Source: Alphaproteobacteria bacterium
GTDB taxonomy: Bacteria; Pseudomonadota; Alphaproteobacteria; UBA828
Assembly (NCBI GenBank): GCA_965237415.1
Contig: CBDEFM010000002.1
Coordinates: 3,776,001 to 3,840,000 of the forward strand
DNA length: 64,000 nt
Direction of reading: 5' to 3'
Part shown: in pieces, positions 1-10,804 of the stretch
Layout: the number at the start of each line of letters is the position of its first letter
Numbering within the stretch: position 1 is the first letter of the stretch
Program-made: the position numbers and the translations under genes
Notes under the pieces: model-generated
Database searches by the model: none
What the model saw: the letters and a program-made list of their open reading frames with translations, nothing else
Told to the model about the DNA's origin: nothing

Positions 1-1
1 T

Positions 2-694
2 CACGTTCTGCATCAGCGCGCCGTCGGCGACGCTCCGGGTCATGGGCCCGTAGTGCAACAGCGATTCCCTGGGGTACGCGCGGTCGATCGGGTTGCGGCC
101 GAAGGGCGGCTTGTAGCCGAAATGCCCGCAGCAGGCCGCCGGCATGCGGATCGAGCCGCCGCCGTCGGTGCCGTCCGCAAGCGTGGTCATGCCGGCCGCC
201 ACCGCCGCCGCAGCCCCGCCCGACGAGCCGCCGGGGCCGAAGTCCAGGTTCCACGGGTTGCGCGTGTTGCCCCACAGATCGCTGCGGCAATGCGGCGCGT
301 GGGCCATCTCCGGCGTGGTCGTCCGCGCATGCATGATCGCGCCCGCCTCCAGCAGCCGCGCCACGGTCGGCACCGAGCGATCTGGGACATGGTTTTCGAA
401 CATGCGCGAGCCGAAGGTCGTGATCTCTCCTTCCACCGGGTGAAAGTCCTTGATGACGATGGGAACGCCTTCGAGGGGGCGCGTCTCGGCGCCGGACGCA
501 TAGAGCGCCTCGGCCTCCTTCGCCTGCTCCAGCGCGCGCTCGTAGAAGGTATAGGTGTAGGCGTTGACCGCGGGATTGACCGCCTCCGAGCGGGCGATCA
601 CGGCGGACATGAGCTCGACCGGCGAGAGCTCGCCCGACCTGAACTTGGCGAGGGCCTCTGTTGCGGTGGTGTAGCAGAGATCGTCCGACGCCAT
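2..694 (-). CDS. Amidase signature family protein (3' end runs off the window)
   Basis: Not in the ORF track. Reverse-strand translation from ATG 694 (RBS GGAGG upstream) gives ...TRNPWNLDFGPGGSSGGAAAAVAAG...GTDGGGSIRMPAACCG, the amidase signature. Confidence 0.9.
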   Translation of the reverse strand, partial: MASDDLCYTTATEALAKFRSGELSPVELMSAVIARSEAVNPAVNAYTYTFYERALEQAKEAEALYASGAETRPLEGVPIVIKDFHPVEGEITTFGSRMFENHVPDRSVPTVARLLEAGAIMHARTTTPEMAHAPHCRSDLWGNTRNPWNLDFGPGGSSGGAAAAVAAGMTTLADGTDGGGSIRMPAACCGHFGYKPPFGRNPIDRAYPRESLLHYGPMTRSVADGALMQNV

Positions 695-1011
695 GATATC
701 CTCCCCCGATTGCCTTTTGCGTTAGACGAACAGGAATTCCAGCGAAGGACAATGGCCGAAATGGAGTGGGCCCCTTGGGTCGGACAGGTGGCAGACACGT
801 GACCGGCAGCGCGGGCCTGCTACCGTCGCGGCAGGCCGCGTGAGAAAGAGTGGACGGCTGCTTGTGCGGGAAGGAGTCGTCACTGAGCGGCGCGTGCGAT
901 AGTTCCGGCCACCACACGAGCAGCGAATTGCTGACGCTGAAGCGATCGATTGACAACCCCGCCCTGCGGGGCGACTGATCCATCGGACCGCACGACAGAG
1001 AAGATCCCCAC

Positions 1012-1878
1012 ATGCCTGCACCCAGCATTCGCCCCCGCCGGTCGTTCATCTTCACACCGGGCTTGCGGCCCGAGATGTTTCCGAAAGCCCTGGCGACCGG
1101 GGCGGATATCGTCTGTGTCGAGCTCGAGGACGGGATCGCGCCCAAGGACAAGGCGGCGGCGCGGGCCAATGCGATGAAGCTCTTCGAGAGCCCGCAGGCC
1201 GATGACGGGGTCGAGCGGATCGTCCGCATCAACTCGCTGCGTGAAGGCTTCGGCATTGCGGATGTGCAGGCGGTCCTGACCGCCGACACACCCCCGCCCG
1301 CGCTGATGATGCCCAAGGTGCGCACGCCGGACGAGGTGGTGATCCTCGACAACCTGCTGACGGAGTGTGGCCACGACACCCGCCTCCATGTGATCATCGA
1401 GACCAATGCGGGGCTCGAGGCTGCCCATGACATCGCCCGTTGCAGCCCGCGCATCGACGCGATGTTCTTCGGCGGCGTCGACATGGCCGCCGAGCTGCGC
1501 TGCCGGAACGAATGGGAGCCGCTGCTCTATGCCCGCTCGCGCGTGGTCCACGCCGCGGCCAGCGCCGGGCTGGACGTGATCGACGTGCCTTACCTCGATC
1601 TCGAGGACCTGGACGGCATGAAGCGCGCCGCGATCCAGGCGCGCGATCTGGGCTTTTCCGGGAAGGGCGCGGTGCACCCCAAACAAATCGAAGCACTCAA
1701 TGCGGTGTTCACACCTTCGGCCGACCGGATTGCCCGAGCGCGGCGCATCATCGCCGAATTCGAGGCAGCCGATACCGGGCTGGTGGTCATCGACGGCAAG
1801 CTCATCGAGAAACCGGTTCTACGCGAGATGCACCGGATCGTGGCCATCGCCGCCCGCATCGGCGCCGAGCACGCGTGA
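1012..1878 (+). CDS. CitE/HpcH-HpaI family CoA-ester lyase (citramalyl/malyl-CoA lyase-like)
   Basis: RRSFIFTPG, ELEDG, VRIN, IIET, FGGVD and GKGAVHPKQI motifs. Confidence 0.85.
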   Translation: MPAPSIRPRRSFIFTPGLRPEMFPKALATGADIVCVELEDGIAPKDKAAARANAMKLFESPQADDGVERIVRINSLREGFGIADVQAVLTADTPPPALMMPKVRTPDEVVILDNLLTECGHDTRLHVIIETNAGLEAAHDIARCSPRIDAMFFGGVDMAAELRCRNEWEPLLYARSRVVHAAASAGLDVIDVPYLDLEDLDGMKRAAIQARDLGFSGKGAVHPKQIEALNAVFTPSADRIARARRIIAEFEAADTGLVVIDGKLIEKPVLREMHRIVAIAARIGAEHA

Positions 1879-2127
1879 GTGCAAACAACGGATTGGACGT
1901 GGAACTTGCCTGAGATCGAGGCGAGGCGGAGCCGAAGCCCGGCCTGTATTCCAGGCGCATCTGACCGGCTATAACGAGGTGCACCGCGTAAGGGGCGATG
2001 CGGCCCCCGACTGGGGCGGTGACGCCGCCGAGCCGCCCTCCGGCTGCCGCTCCCATCCGCGCTGCCTGCGGGCAGAGGCGATCTGCCGCACGGAGAAGCC
2101 GGCCTTTCGCGCTCGCGCCCGGCCACC

Positions 2128-2590
2128 TAGAGCATGTTCCGCTCCGACACGGTCGTATCCTGCAGCGGCGAAGTAGTTTTGGCACTCGGCCGGGCTGAAG
2201 ATGTCTATGGCGTGGCCGATGGCCTCCCAGAGTTCGGTGACGGTGCGGGCGGCGCGGCGCTTGAGATCGGCCTTGAACTTTGAGAAGGCCATCTCGATTG
2301 GGTTGAGATCGGGGCTGTCGGGCGGCGGGAAGCGCAGCTCGGCCCCGGCCCGGTGAATGGCCTCGCAGACGGCGGCGCTGCGGTGGGCGGGAAGGTTGTC
2401 CATTACCACGATGTCGCCGAGCTTGAGCGTTGGCACCTGCACCTTGTCTACGTAGGCGAGGAAGGCGGCTCCATGCATGGCGCCATCGAGCACCATGGGG
2501 GCGGTCGCTCCGCTCAACCTCAGTGCGCCGAGGAAGGTGGTGGTCTTCCGGTGTCCATAGGGCACAGGCGCGTGTCTGTGATGGCCGTGC
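2128..2590 (-). mobile_element. IS630-family 3' fragment (5'-truncated, stop codon lost)
   Basis: Near-identical to the 3' halves of the copies at 36674 and 43446. End reads CTAGAGCATGTTCC; VMDNLPAH and PDLNPIE motifs. Confidence 0.85.
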
Positions 2591-2716
2591 AGAGCCGGCT
2601 TCGCGGCCACGTGCGCGTCTGTGATATCCTGCGTTCAGACCGTGGGGAGTCCACGCGGGAATCGCCGTCTGGGCCGGCCGCGGCAAACTCGAACCTAGGC
2701 AAGGGAGGCTTTGGCG

Positions 2717-3922
2717 ATGCGGACGAGCAAACATCTTTATCTCCACCTTTCGCGGCGCAACTTCATAAAGTGCGCTGCCGCGGGGACGGCTATCGTCGGC
2801 GCGCCCGCCATTCTCAAAGGGCTCACCCGCCGCGCGAAGGCCGCGGACGACGACACAATCCGGCTCCTCATCACCGGCCCCACCCTCATCCCCGGCGATT
2901 GGAGCGCGTTCGAGCGGGAAACCGGATTCAAGATGGAAGACACCGTGATCAAGGACGATCCCGGCATATTCCTTACCGAGATCCTGGTGAACGACGGCGG
3001 TGACCGGTTCGACATCATCGCCGCGCTCACGGGCGCCGAGCAGGAGTTGATCGACGGCGACGCGATCAAAGCGATTGAGACCGCGAACGTCTCGAACTGG
3101 GCCGACATTCCCGAAAGCATCACTCAAATGCCGTATCTCCAGCGCGATCTCGCGCCGGAAGGAGGTCGCGTGTGGGGCGTTCCGCTGGCGATGAACGCCG
3201 ACAGCTTCGGCTATCTGCCGGAGAAGTTGAACGAGCCGCGCCCGCCGGAGGAAGCCTCCTGGTCGCTGGTTTACGAGAGCGAGAAGACCCTGGGCCGCTC
3301 GTCCACCGGCGACAACTACATCTACCTCTGGGAAGCGCTCGCTTATCTCAAGAATTCCGGCCAGCTCGAGGTCAAGGACATCCTCGACCCGTCGCCGGAG
3401 GAATCTGCGGCGACCGCGGACTTCCTGATCGAGCGTAAGCAGGCCGGTCAGTTCCGCAACTTCTGGAAGATCTTCGACGACCAGGTCTCCGACATGAAGA
3501 ACGGCGAGGTCGACGCCATTCGCTGCTGGGAGCCGGCGGTTCGCGAGGCTAACAAGGCGGGCGGCGACTGGGTCTACGCCACCGCCAAGGAGTTCTATAC
3601 CAAGTGGATGCATGCCTGCTACATCCCGACCCAGGTTCACGACCGCGGTAATCTCGAGCAGGTTCACACGGCGCTCAATTGGATCCTGAGCGGCAGCTAC
3701 GCTGCGGGGATCACGCCGTTGCGCGGCTACGTCACGGGTCGGCCCGACCTCGCCAAGGACTACGCGGCCGAGCATGGGCTCGGGGACAATGTCGGGGTTG
3801 CGATCGACGAGGCCCTGGCCAAGGTCAGGCTCAAGTTCGCCAAGGAGGATTTCTGGTTTAGCGCCGTGCCGTCGAACCTGCAGGAGATGCAGGCGCAAAT
3901 GGACCGCGTGCTCAACGCATAG
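2717..3922 (+). CDS. Tat-exported extracellular solute-binding protein (PotD/PotF-like), paralog 1
   Basis: SRRNFIK twin-arginine signal; VWGVPLAMNADSFGY; close paralog at 42065. Confidence 0.8.
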   Translation: MRTSKHLYLHLSRRNFIKCAAAGTAIVGAPAILKGLTRRAKAADDDTIRLLITGPTLIPGDWSAFERETGFKMEDTVIKDDPGIFLTEILVNDGGDRFDIIAALTGAEQELIDGDAIKAIETANVSNWADIPESITQMPYLQRDLAPEGGRVWGVPLAMNADSFGYLPEKLNEPRPPEEASWSLVYESEKTLGRSSTGDNYIYLWEALAYLKNSGQLEVKDILDPSPEESAATADFLIERKQAGQFRNFWKIFDDQVSDMKNGEVDAIRCWEPAVREANKAGGDWVYATAKEFYTKWMHACYIPTQVHDRGNLEQVHTALNWILSGSYAAGITPLRGYVTGRPDLAKDYAAEHGLGDNVGVAIDEALAKVRLKFAKEDFWFSAVPSNLQEMQAQMDRVLNA

Positions 3923-4065
3923 CGCTCCCGGCCGAATTTCAAGGGCGCTGCTCTCGTATTGCTGGCGTAGAGCGGCGTCCTTCGGCCGCGGGCATTGGCT
4001 GATCTATTCGAGCGAACGCAGTTGTTGTCCACCGCATTTGAAGGGACCCGTATGGGGGATCCCGG

Positions 4066-4836
4066 ATGAGATTGGCTGGCAAGAGCGCCCTCATAACCGG
4101 CGCCGCCTCGGGCATCGGCCGCGAGACCGCGCAACGCTTCGCCGAAGAGGGGGCAGCGGTCGTTTGCGTCGACCTCGACGGCGCGGGCGCCGCGCGCGTT
4201 GCCCACGCGATCGGCGGGAAAGGCGGCACGGCGCTCTCGGTGCCCGCAGACCTCACCGACGCGGACGAGGTCCGGGGGATGGCCGACGAGGCGTTGTCGG
4301 CACGGGGTGCGATCGACATCCTCGTGAACAACGCCGGCGTCTCCATCTTGGGCGGCGTCGCGGAGCTCACCGAGGCCGATTGGCAGCACGAGATCGACAC
4401 CAACCTAGCCAGCGTGTATCGGGTCTCCAAAGCGCTCTGGCCGCATTTCGTTGCGGCCGGCGGCGGCGCCATTCTGAGCACGGCGTCGATCGCCGGCGCG
4501 ACCGCGGTAACGCAGGGAGCCGCCTATGTCGCCTCGAAGGCGGGGCTGATCATGTTGACCCGGTGCATGGCGCTCGACGGGGCGGATTCGGGCATCCGCG
4601 CGAATTGCATCTGCCCGGGCTGGGTCGACACCCCACTGTTCGACGGCTTCCTGGCCCAGCAGCCGGAGCCCGAGACCGCCCGCGAGCGCGCCGCACGCCG
4701 CACCCCGCTCGGCCGTATCGGGACGCCGCGCGACATCGCCGACGGCTTCGTTTACCTCGCTTCCGACGAGGCCTCGTGGATTACCGGCACCGCGCTGGTA
4801 ATCGACGGCGGTCTCACCGCCGGCCTCGCGCCCTAG
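4066..4836 (+). CDS. SDR family oxidoreductase
   Basis: TGAASGIG, NNAG and YVASK motifs. Confidence 0.92.
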   Translation: MRLAGKSALITGAASGIGRETAQRFAEEGAAVVCVDLDGAGAARVAHAIGGKGGTALSVPADLTDADEVRGMADEALSARGAIDILVNNAGVSILGGVAELTEADWQHEIDTNLASVYRVSKALWPHFVAAGGGAILSTASIAGATAVTQGAAYVASKAGLIMLTRCMALDGADSGIRANCICPGWVDTPLFDGFLAQQPEPETARERAARRTPLGRIGTPRDIADGFVYLASDEASWITGTALVIDGGLTAGLAP

Positions 4837-4935
4837 TGGTGCGCGGCCGATCGCCATGATCCGACCGTCGACACAGCACCAGCGCGGGGGGACCGATACC
4901 ATGTGGGTTGATCGTAACCTGTGGGAGGTGGGGCG

Positions 4936-6753
4936 GTGAACGCACCTGGCACCGCGGCTCGGGTGCGTGACCCGTTCGGCTTCGAGCTGTTCAAGAACGC
5001 AGTCTTCGCGATTGCCGACGAGATGGCGCTGACGGTCTGCCGCACGACCTATTCGGCCGTGCTGCGCGACAACATGGACTTCTCGACTGCGTTGACCGAC
5101 GGCGAGGGCAGGCTAATCGCCCAGGGGCTCACTCTGCCCGCCCATCTCGGCTCGATTCCAACGGCGATCCTTTCGGTTCTGCGCCATTTCGGCGACGACA
5201 TGCACCCCGGCGACGTCTTCATTATGAACGATCCGTTCGATGGCGGCATGCACCTGCCGGACATCTTCGTGTTCAAGCCCCTCTTTCACGAGAGCAGCCG
5301 CATCGCCTTCGCCGCCACGGTCTGCCATCACGCCGATGTCGGTGGTCGTGTTCCCGGGTCCAACGCGTCTGACTCGACCGAGATTTATCAGGAGGGGGTC
5401 CGGATCCCGCCACTTCGGATGTATGAAAGAGGAAAGCGGAATGAAACGCTATTCGCGTTACTAGAAAAGAATGTACGCCTTCCCGTTAAACTGTTCGGCG
5501 ACCTGCGCGCTCAGCTCGCCGCCTGCCACATTGCGGAGCGACAGTTTCTGGAGTTGGTCGACCGGCATGGCGCCACAAGTGCACGAGAATATCTCCATGA
5601 GATTATAGATTACGCCGAGCGCCTTACGAGAGCCGCGCTACTCGACCTACCCGACGGCGAGGCGAGCTTCGAGGACTGGATCGACGACGACGGCGTCGAG
5701 CGCGACAAGCCGATCCGGCTCTTCGTGACCCTGCGCAAGACGGGCGACAGTCTTCACGCCGACTGGACGGGCAGCGCCCAACAGGTAAAGGGAGCAATCA
5801 ACAGCACCCTTTCCTGGACGAAGGCAGCAACCTACACCGCTATTCGTTCGGTGCTGCCACCGGGGATTCCGAATAACGAGGGCGTCTTCCGCGCCATCAC
5901 CGTCTCGGCGCCCGCCGGCACCATCACCAACGCGGTGCTGCCCGCGGCCTGCGCGGCGCGCGGCCTGACCGGATTTCGCATGGTTGACTGCGCTTTCGGC
6001 GCGCTCGCGATGATGCTGCCGGACAAGGTGTTCGCTGCCTCCGACGGTGGCGTCACCGGGATCACCTACGGCGGATACGACAATGCCCGCAATCCGTTCA
6101 TCTATGTCGACTTCACCGGCGGCACCTGGGGCGCGCGGCCCTGGGCCGACGGCCTCGAAGGTAACTCCAACATCTTCGCGAACTTAGCCTCGCAATCGGT
6201 CGAGGCCACTGAGGCCGAATACCCCTTGCAGATCCTTTCCTACGAGTTCGTGGCCGACCGCGCCGGCGCCGGAACCTACCGCGGCGGCGCGCCGTTCCGA
6301 CGCGAATACCGCTTCCTCGAGGAGGAGGGCCTGCTTCAGGTGCGCTCGGACCGGCGTACATTCCGGCCCTATGGGCTCTATGGGGGGAAGCCCGGCCAGC
6401 CGTCGCGCAACGTGATGAACCCGGGCCCAGACGAGCGCCCCCTGCCGAGCAAGCTGACCGAGACGATCAAGCGCGGCGAGGTGTTCCGCCACGAGCTCGC
6501 CGGCGCGGGCGGCTGGGGCGATCCGCTGGAGCGCGACCCGGAAGCCGTGCTCCGCGACCTACGCAACGAGCTTATCGGCGGGGATGCCGCGCGGGACGAC
6601 TATGGGGTGGTGATCGATACCGCATGTTGGCGGGTCGATCACGCTGCGACCAAGGAACGTCGGGCCGCACTCAGAGCGGCACGCGGCTGGGCAGAGACTC
6701 CGGTGGTGTTGTTCGACGACCAACCGGACACAACGGCCAAGGCCCGGCCATGA
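4936..6753 (+). CDS. Hydantoinase B/oxoprolinase family protein
   Basis: NDPFDGGMHLPD, HHADVGG, EIYQEG and GAGGWGDP motifs. Confidence 0.9.
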   Translation: MNAPGTAARVRDPFGFELFKNAVFAIADEMALTVCRTTYSAVLRDNMDFSTALTDGEGRLIAQGLTLPAHLGSIPTAILSVLRHFGDDMHPGDVFIMNDPFDGGMHLPDIFVFKPLFHESSRIAFAATVCHHADVGGRVPGSNASDSTEIYQEGVRIPPLRMYERGKRNETLFALLEKNVRLPVKLFGDLRAQLAACHIAERQFLELVDRHGATSAREYLHEIIDYAERLTRAALLDLPDGEASFEDWIDDDGVERDKPIRLFVTLRKTGDSLHADWTGSAQQVKGAINSTLSWTKAATYTAIRSVLPPGIPNNEGVFRAITVSAPAGTITNAVLPAACAARGLTGFRMVDCAFGALAMMLPDKVFAASDGGVTGITYGGYDNARNPFIYVDFTGGTWGARPWADGLEGNSNIFANLASQSVEATEAEYPLQILSYEFVADRAGAGTYRGGAPFRREYRFLEEEGLLQVRSDRRTFRPYGLYGGKPGQPSRNVMNPGPDERPLPSKLTETIKRGEVFRHELAGAGGWGDPLERDPEAVLRDLRNELIGGDAARDDYGVVIDTACWRVDHAATKERRAALRAARGWAETPVVLFDDQPDTTAKARP

Positions 6754-6860
6754 CCGCCTGTCCCGTTGGCGTCGATATTGGCGGGACGTTCGCCGACATC
6801 GTGCTGCTCGCCGGCGACGGCACGCTCATCACCAGGAAGGTCTAGTCCAGCGTCGATATG
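6750..6860 (+). pseudogene. Hydantoinase A N-terminal stub
   Basis: ATGA overlap with the hydantoinase B gene; reads MTACPVGVDIGGTFADIV...RKV*SSVD and then homology is lost. Confidence 0.8.
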
Positions 6861-6967
6861 CCGTTGAGCCATAGGGGTGCGATTTACTCTCCTTGCAACC
6901 CCTCAAATTCAGCCGAAATTTCGGCCTCATTCGGCCCGGCGCAAGAGGCCGGCGCGGCTCTATGCCG

Positions 6968-7876
6968 CTACTCGGCGGCCAAACCTATGGGGCGAACGGT
7001 CTCGACTTCGCCCGGTGACGCGAGCTTCGCGCCCTGCGGCAGAACGGGCGGCTCGGCCGTCAGCGGCGCGTACAGATCAGGGCGCCGTTCGCGGAACATC
7101 AGCCACTGGCGCCTGAGCAGAAGGGCCTCGGCGATATCGACGGTGCCGACAATAAAATCCTCCTCGTCGAACTTCGCCTCATCCGTCACCATGCCGGATG
7201 CGTTGACGATCTTCGATCCGCCGAAGAACGAAAAATCCTTCTGTGTGCCCACTACGTTGCAGTAGACCGAGGGGAACAGGTTCTCCAGCGAGCGCGCCTG
7301 CAGAATGATCTTCCAGGTGTCCTTGGCGACGCTGGGGCCCGCCGAGATCACGAGATTGACCAGCGAGCCCATCACCGCATAGGTGCGCGTGAGCTCCGGG
7401 AAGCACGCGTCGTAGCAAATTTGCAGGCTGACCCGGCCGAACCGGGTGTCGAAGACCGGCGTGCGCTGCCCCGGCGCAAAATAGACGCCCTCGGTGTAGG
7501 GATGGAACGTGCCCAGGTGGATCTTGTCGTAGTACTCGACCATCCCTTCCGGACCGATGAAACAGAGCGAATTGTAGACGAGGTGGGGGTAGTCCTCTTC
7601 GAGGCGCGCCATGCCCATCACGATGTAGATGTCGTGCTTGCGCGCTTCGGCTAGCAGGCGTTCGGTGGCAGGACCTGGGATCGGCTCAGCGGTCGTCGCG
7701 TTCAACTCGTCGGCACGGTAGCCCTGAAGGTAAAGTTCGGGGAACATGACGAGGTCGGCGCCCTGCCCGGCGGCCTCGGCGATATAGGGCATCGCCCGCT
7801 CCAGATTGGCACTGGAATCACCGAGTACGGAATTGAGCTGGGCCAGTCCCACCTTGAAGCGATCCACGCGGCTCAT
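6968..7876 (-). CDS. Carbon-nitrogen hydrolase (nitrilase superfamily)
   Basis: E-K-C triad contexts FPEL, YDKIHL and ICYDACFPE. Confidence 0.92.
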   Translation of the reverse strand: MSRVDRFKVGLAQLNSVLGDSSANLERAMPYIAEAAGQGADLVMFPELYLQGYRADELNATTAEPIPGPATERLLAEARKHDIYIVMGMARLEEDYPHLVYNSLCFIGPEGMVEYYDKIHLGTFHPYTEGVYFAPGQRTPVFDTRFGRVSLQICYDACFPELTRTYAVMGSLVNLVISAGPSVAKDTWKIILQARSLENLFPSVYCNVVGTQKDFSFFGGSKIVNASGMVTDEAKFDEEDFIVGTVDIAEALLLRRQWLMFRERRPDLYAPLTAEPPVLPQGAKLASPGEVETVRPIGLAAE

Positions 7877-7923
7877 GACGCGTACTCCTGTCTGGACGGC
7901 ATCCTATCGTAACGAGTCGTCGT

Positions 7924-8925
7924 TCAGCTGGTCAAACCGGCCTCTCTTTGCGGATCGAGCAGGTGACAGCCCGCCTTTCCTGCGGCTGGAGTCGGATACT
8001 CCGGCGGCTGTTCGTCGTCGCAAATTGGCCCGATCCTTACCGGGCAGCGGGTGTGGAAGCGACAGCCCGCCGGGGGGTTGAGCGGGCTCGGGATTTCGCC
8101 TCTCAGCGGGATGCGACGGCGCTCGAGCGTCGGATCGGGAAGGGGCACCGCCGAAACCAGCGCTTGCGTATAGGGGTGGCTCGGCGTTTGCATCAGCGTC
8201 CGGCCGGGGCCGATCTCGACGATCCGGCCCAAATACATGACGGCGATACGATCGCAGAAATAGCTGACGACGCTGACATCATGGGCGATCAGAAAGAAGG
8301 TGATGCTGAGCTCGCGTTGCAGCCGCTTCATCAGGTTGAGGATCTGCGCCTGAATCGAGACGTCGAGGGCCGAGACCGGCTCGTCGGCGATGATGAATTT
8401 CGGTCTTAGTGCGAGCGCGCGGGCAATGCCGACGCGCTGTCGCTGTCCGCCCGAGAGCTGGTGGGGAAAGCGGTCGATGTGGCGCTCGTCGAGACCGACC
8501 TGGTGCAGGAGGCCGAGGATCGCAGCGCGGTCGCGATCGAGGCCGTGGGTGATCAGCGGCTCGGCGATGATGTTCCGCACCCGCAGCCGCGGATTGAGCG
8601 AGGACTTGGTGTCCTGAAAGATCATCTGCATGTCGCGCCGTACCGGACGGAGGTCCCGCTCCGAGGCGCGCGCGAGGTCGATTCCAGAGAAGACGGCCGT
8701 ACCGGCGGTGGGCTTGTGAAGCCGCATCAGCGTGCGGGCCAGCGTCGACTTGCCGCTGCCGCTCTCGCCCACCAGGCCGAACGCTTCGCCGCGGGCGACA
8801 GTGAACGAGACGCCGTCGACGGCCCGCACCACGCCGCCACCAGCACGCCATAGCGCGCCCTTGACCGGGAAGTGCGTCGCCAGATTGTCGACGCTCAGCA
8901 ATGGGTCCTGGGCGCCGGCGCTCAT
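7924..8925 (-). CDS. Peptide ABC transporter ATPase (DppF/OppF-like)
   Basis: GESGSGKS, LSGGQRQR, ADEPVSALD, C-terminal GCRFHTRC; start MSAGAQ overlaps the upstream stop. Confidence 0.92.
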   Translation of the reverse strand: MSAGAQDPLLSVDNLATHFPVKGALWRAGGGVVRAVDGVSFTVARGEAFGLVGESGSGKSTLARTLMRLHKPTAGTAVFSGIDLARASERDLRPVRRDMQMIFQDTKSSLNPRLRVRNIIAEPLITHGLDRDRAAILGLLHQVGLDERHIDRFPHQLSGGQRQRVGIARALALRPKFIIADEPVSALDVSIQAQILNLMKRLQRELSITFFLIAHDVSVVSYFCDRIAVMYLGRIVEIGPGRTLMQTPSHPYTQALVSAVPLPDPTLERRRIPLRGEIPSPLNPPAGCRFHTRCPVRIGPICDDEQPPEYPTPAAGKAGCHLLDPQREAGLTS

Positions 8926-9947
8926 GGCGCAGGCTCCGAGGCGGGGAGGAGCTGGCCGGTGGCCCGCGCCGGCTGCGGAAACGTCAATTCGCCTGCCAGA
9001 TGGCACGCAGCATGACGGCGTTCGGCGACGGCGCGAAGCTCCGGATGCTCCGTCCGGCAGCGCGACGCGGCATGGGGGCAGCGATCGGCGAACGCGCAAT
9101 GGTCTTGGGGACCGATCATGTCGGGCACGATTCCTTCGATGCTCTCGAGCTCCCGGTCCCGATCCGCCAGCGCCGGCGTGCAGCGCAGGAGGGCGTCGGA
9201 ATAGGGGTGGAGCGAGGAGGCGAAGAGATCGCGCACCGGCGCGTGCTCGACGATCTTGCCGGCATACATGACGTAGACGCGCCGGCACATCTCGGCGATG
9301 ACGCCGAGGTCATGGGTGATGAGCAGCAGCGCGATGCTGTCTTCTTCCACGAGCTGGCGCAGCAGGTCGAGGATCTGCGCCTGGATCGTCGTGTCGAGCG
9401 CCGTCGTCGGCTCGTCGGCGATCACGAGACGGGGCCGGCAGGCGATGGCCATGGCGATTAGCACACGCTGCCGCATGCCGCCGCTGAGCTGAAACGGGTA
9501 GGTCCTGGCCACATGGCGGGGGTCGGGAATGCCAACATGGGCGAGCAGCTCGTGGATGCGTGCGCGCGCAGCACGCGGTGAGAGCCGCTGATGCTGGAGC
9601 AGCACATCGCGGAGCTGCGTGCCCACGGGGAACAGTGGATTGAGCGCCGTCAGCGGCTCCTGGAACACCATCGACATGGCCGAGCCGCGCAACCGGCGCA
9701 GCTGTTCGGGGCTCTTGCTGCGCAGGTCTTCGCCCTGGAACAGGATCTGGCCGTCCGCGATCCTCGCCGGGCGCGGCACCAGCCCGAGGATGGAGTAGGC
9801 GGCCATCGTCTTGCCGCAGCCGCTCTCGCCCACCAGGCCGACGATCTCGCCGGCATCAATGCTGAGGTCGATTCCATCGACCGCGCGCAAGACCCCGCGG
9901 CGCGTCGGGATATGGGTGCGGAGACCACGGATCGCGAGCAGCGCCAT
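8922..9947 (-). CDS. Peptide ABC transporter ATPase (DppD/OppD-like)
   Basis: [16 protein letters not shown] and ADEPTTALD motifs. Confidence 0.92.
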   Translation of the reverse strand: MALLAIRGLRTHIPTRRGVLRAVDGIDLSIDAGEIVGLVGESGCGKTMAAYSILGLVPRPARIADGQILFQGEDLRSKSPEQLRRLRGSAMSMVFQEPLTALNPLFPVGTQLRDVLLQHQRLSPRAARARIHELLAHVGIPDPRHVARTYPFQLSGGMRQRVLIAMAIACRPRLVIADEPTTALDTTIQAQILDLLRQLVEEDSIALLLITHDLGVIAEMCRRVYVMYAGKIVEHAPVRDLFASSLHPYSDALLRCTPALADRDRELESIEGIVPDMIGPQDHCAFADRCPHAASRCRTEHPELRAVAERRHAACHLAGELTFPQPARATGQLLPASEPAP

Positions 9948-9954
9948 GCCGGCC

Positions 9955-10791
9955 TCAGAGCCTGTGCTGGTAGGGATCGATCGCGTCGCGCAATCCGTCG
10001 GCGATGACGAGCAGCGCAAGCACGACGATGACGATCGAAACACCCGCCAGGGTGGAAATCCACCACGCCTGGGCGATGTAGTCGCGGCCCGCGGCGATGA
10101 TGTTGCCGAACGAGGCGTCGGGCGGCGGTATCCCGAGGCCGACGAAGCTGAGACTGGCCTCGGCCAGCACCGCAAAGGCGAAGGTCAGCGCTCCCTGAAC
10201 CAGCACCGGTCCCATCACGTTGGGCACGACGTGGCGCACGGCGATGCGCGCCGGCCCTACGCCCATGATCCGCGCGGCATCGACATAGGCCTCCTGGCGG
10301 ATCTGGAGAACGCAACCGCGCACGATGCGGACGTAGATCGGGGCGAAAGCGGCCGTCAGCGCGATGATCGTGCTGCCGAGCCCGGCGCCGAGCGCGGCGA
10401 TGAGGCCGAGGGCGAGGACCAGAAAGGGAAACGCCATCATGACGTCCGACGAGCGCATGATGAGGTCGTCGAGGAAGCCGCCCCGGTAGCCGGAGAGAAT
10501 GCCAAACACCATGCCGATGAGCGCCGAGCACGCCACCACGGCGGCGCCCACGATCATCGACGATCGCGTGCCGTAGATGAGACGACTCAGCAAGTCTCTC
10601 CCGTACTCATCGGCTCCCAGCAGGTTGAGAGAGGTCGGCGGCGCGAGCGTCGCCCGCAAGTTCTGGATGTTCGGGTCATAGGGCGCGAGGACGGGCGCAG
10701 CAGCGCCGACGAAGATGTAGATGCCGAACATGATGAGCGACGCCACAAGGAGCGGGTTCTGGCGCATTTCCTGAGCGAGGGAGTCGAGCAC
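9955..10791 (-). CDS. Peptide ABC permease (DppC-like)
   Basis: LGADEYGRD, EAYVDAAR, RHVVPN and EASLSFVGLG motifs. Confidence 0.92.
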   Translation of the reverse strand: MLDSLAQEMRQNPLLVASLIMFGIYIFVGAAAPVLAPYDPNIQNLRATLAPPTSLNLLGADEYGRDLLSRLIYGTRSSMIVGAAVVACSALIGMVFGILSGYRGGFLDDLIMRSSDVMMAFPFLVLALGLIAALGAGLGSTIIALTAAFAPIYVRIVRGCVLQIRQEAYVDAARIMGVGPARIAVRHVVPNVMGPVLVQGALTFAFAVLAEASLSFVGLGIPPPDASFGNIIAAGRDYIAQAWWISTLAGVSIVIVVLALLVIADGLRDAIDPYQHRL

Positions 10792-10804
10792 GCGTCGGAT
10801 CCCC

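Noticed and set aside
1802-3898. Long antisense ORFs (also 19548..21236, 22626..24173, 31422..32996, 50049..51491, 61376..62776)
   Set aside because: Shadow ORFs of real genes in high-GC DNA, with no motifs.
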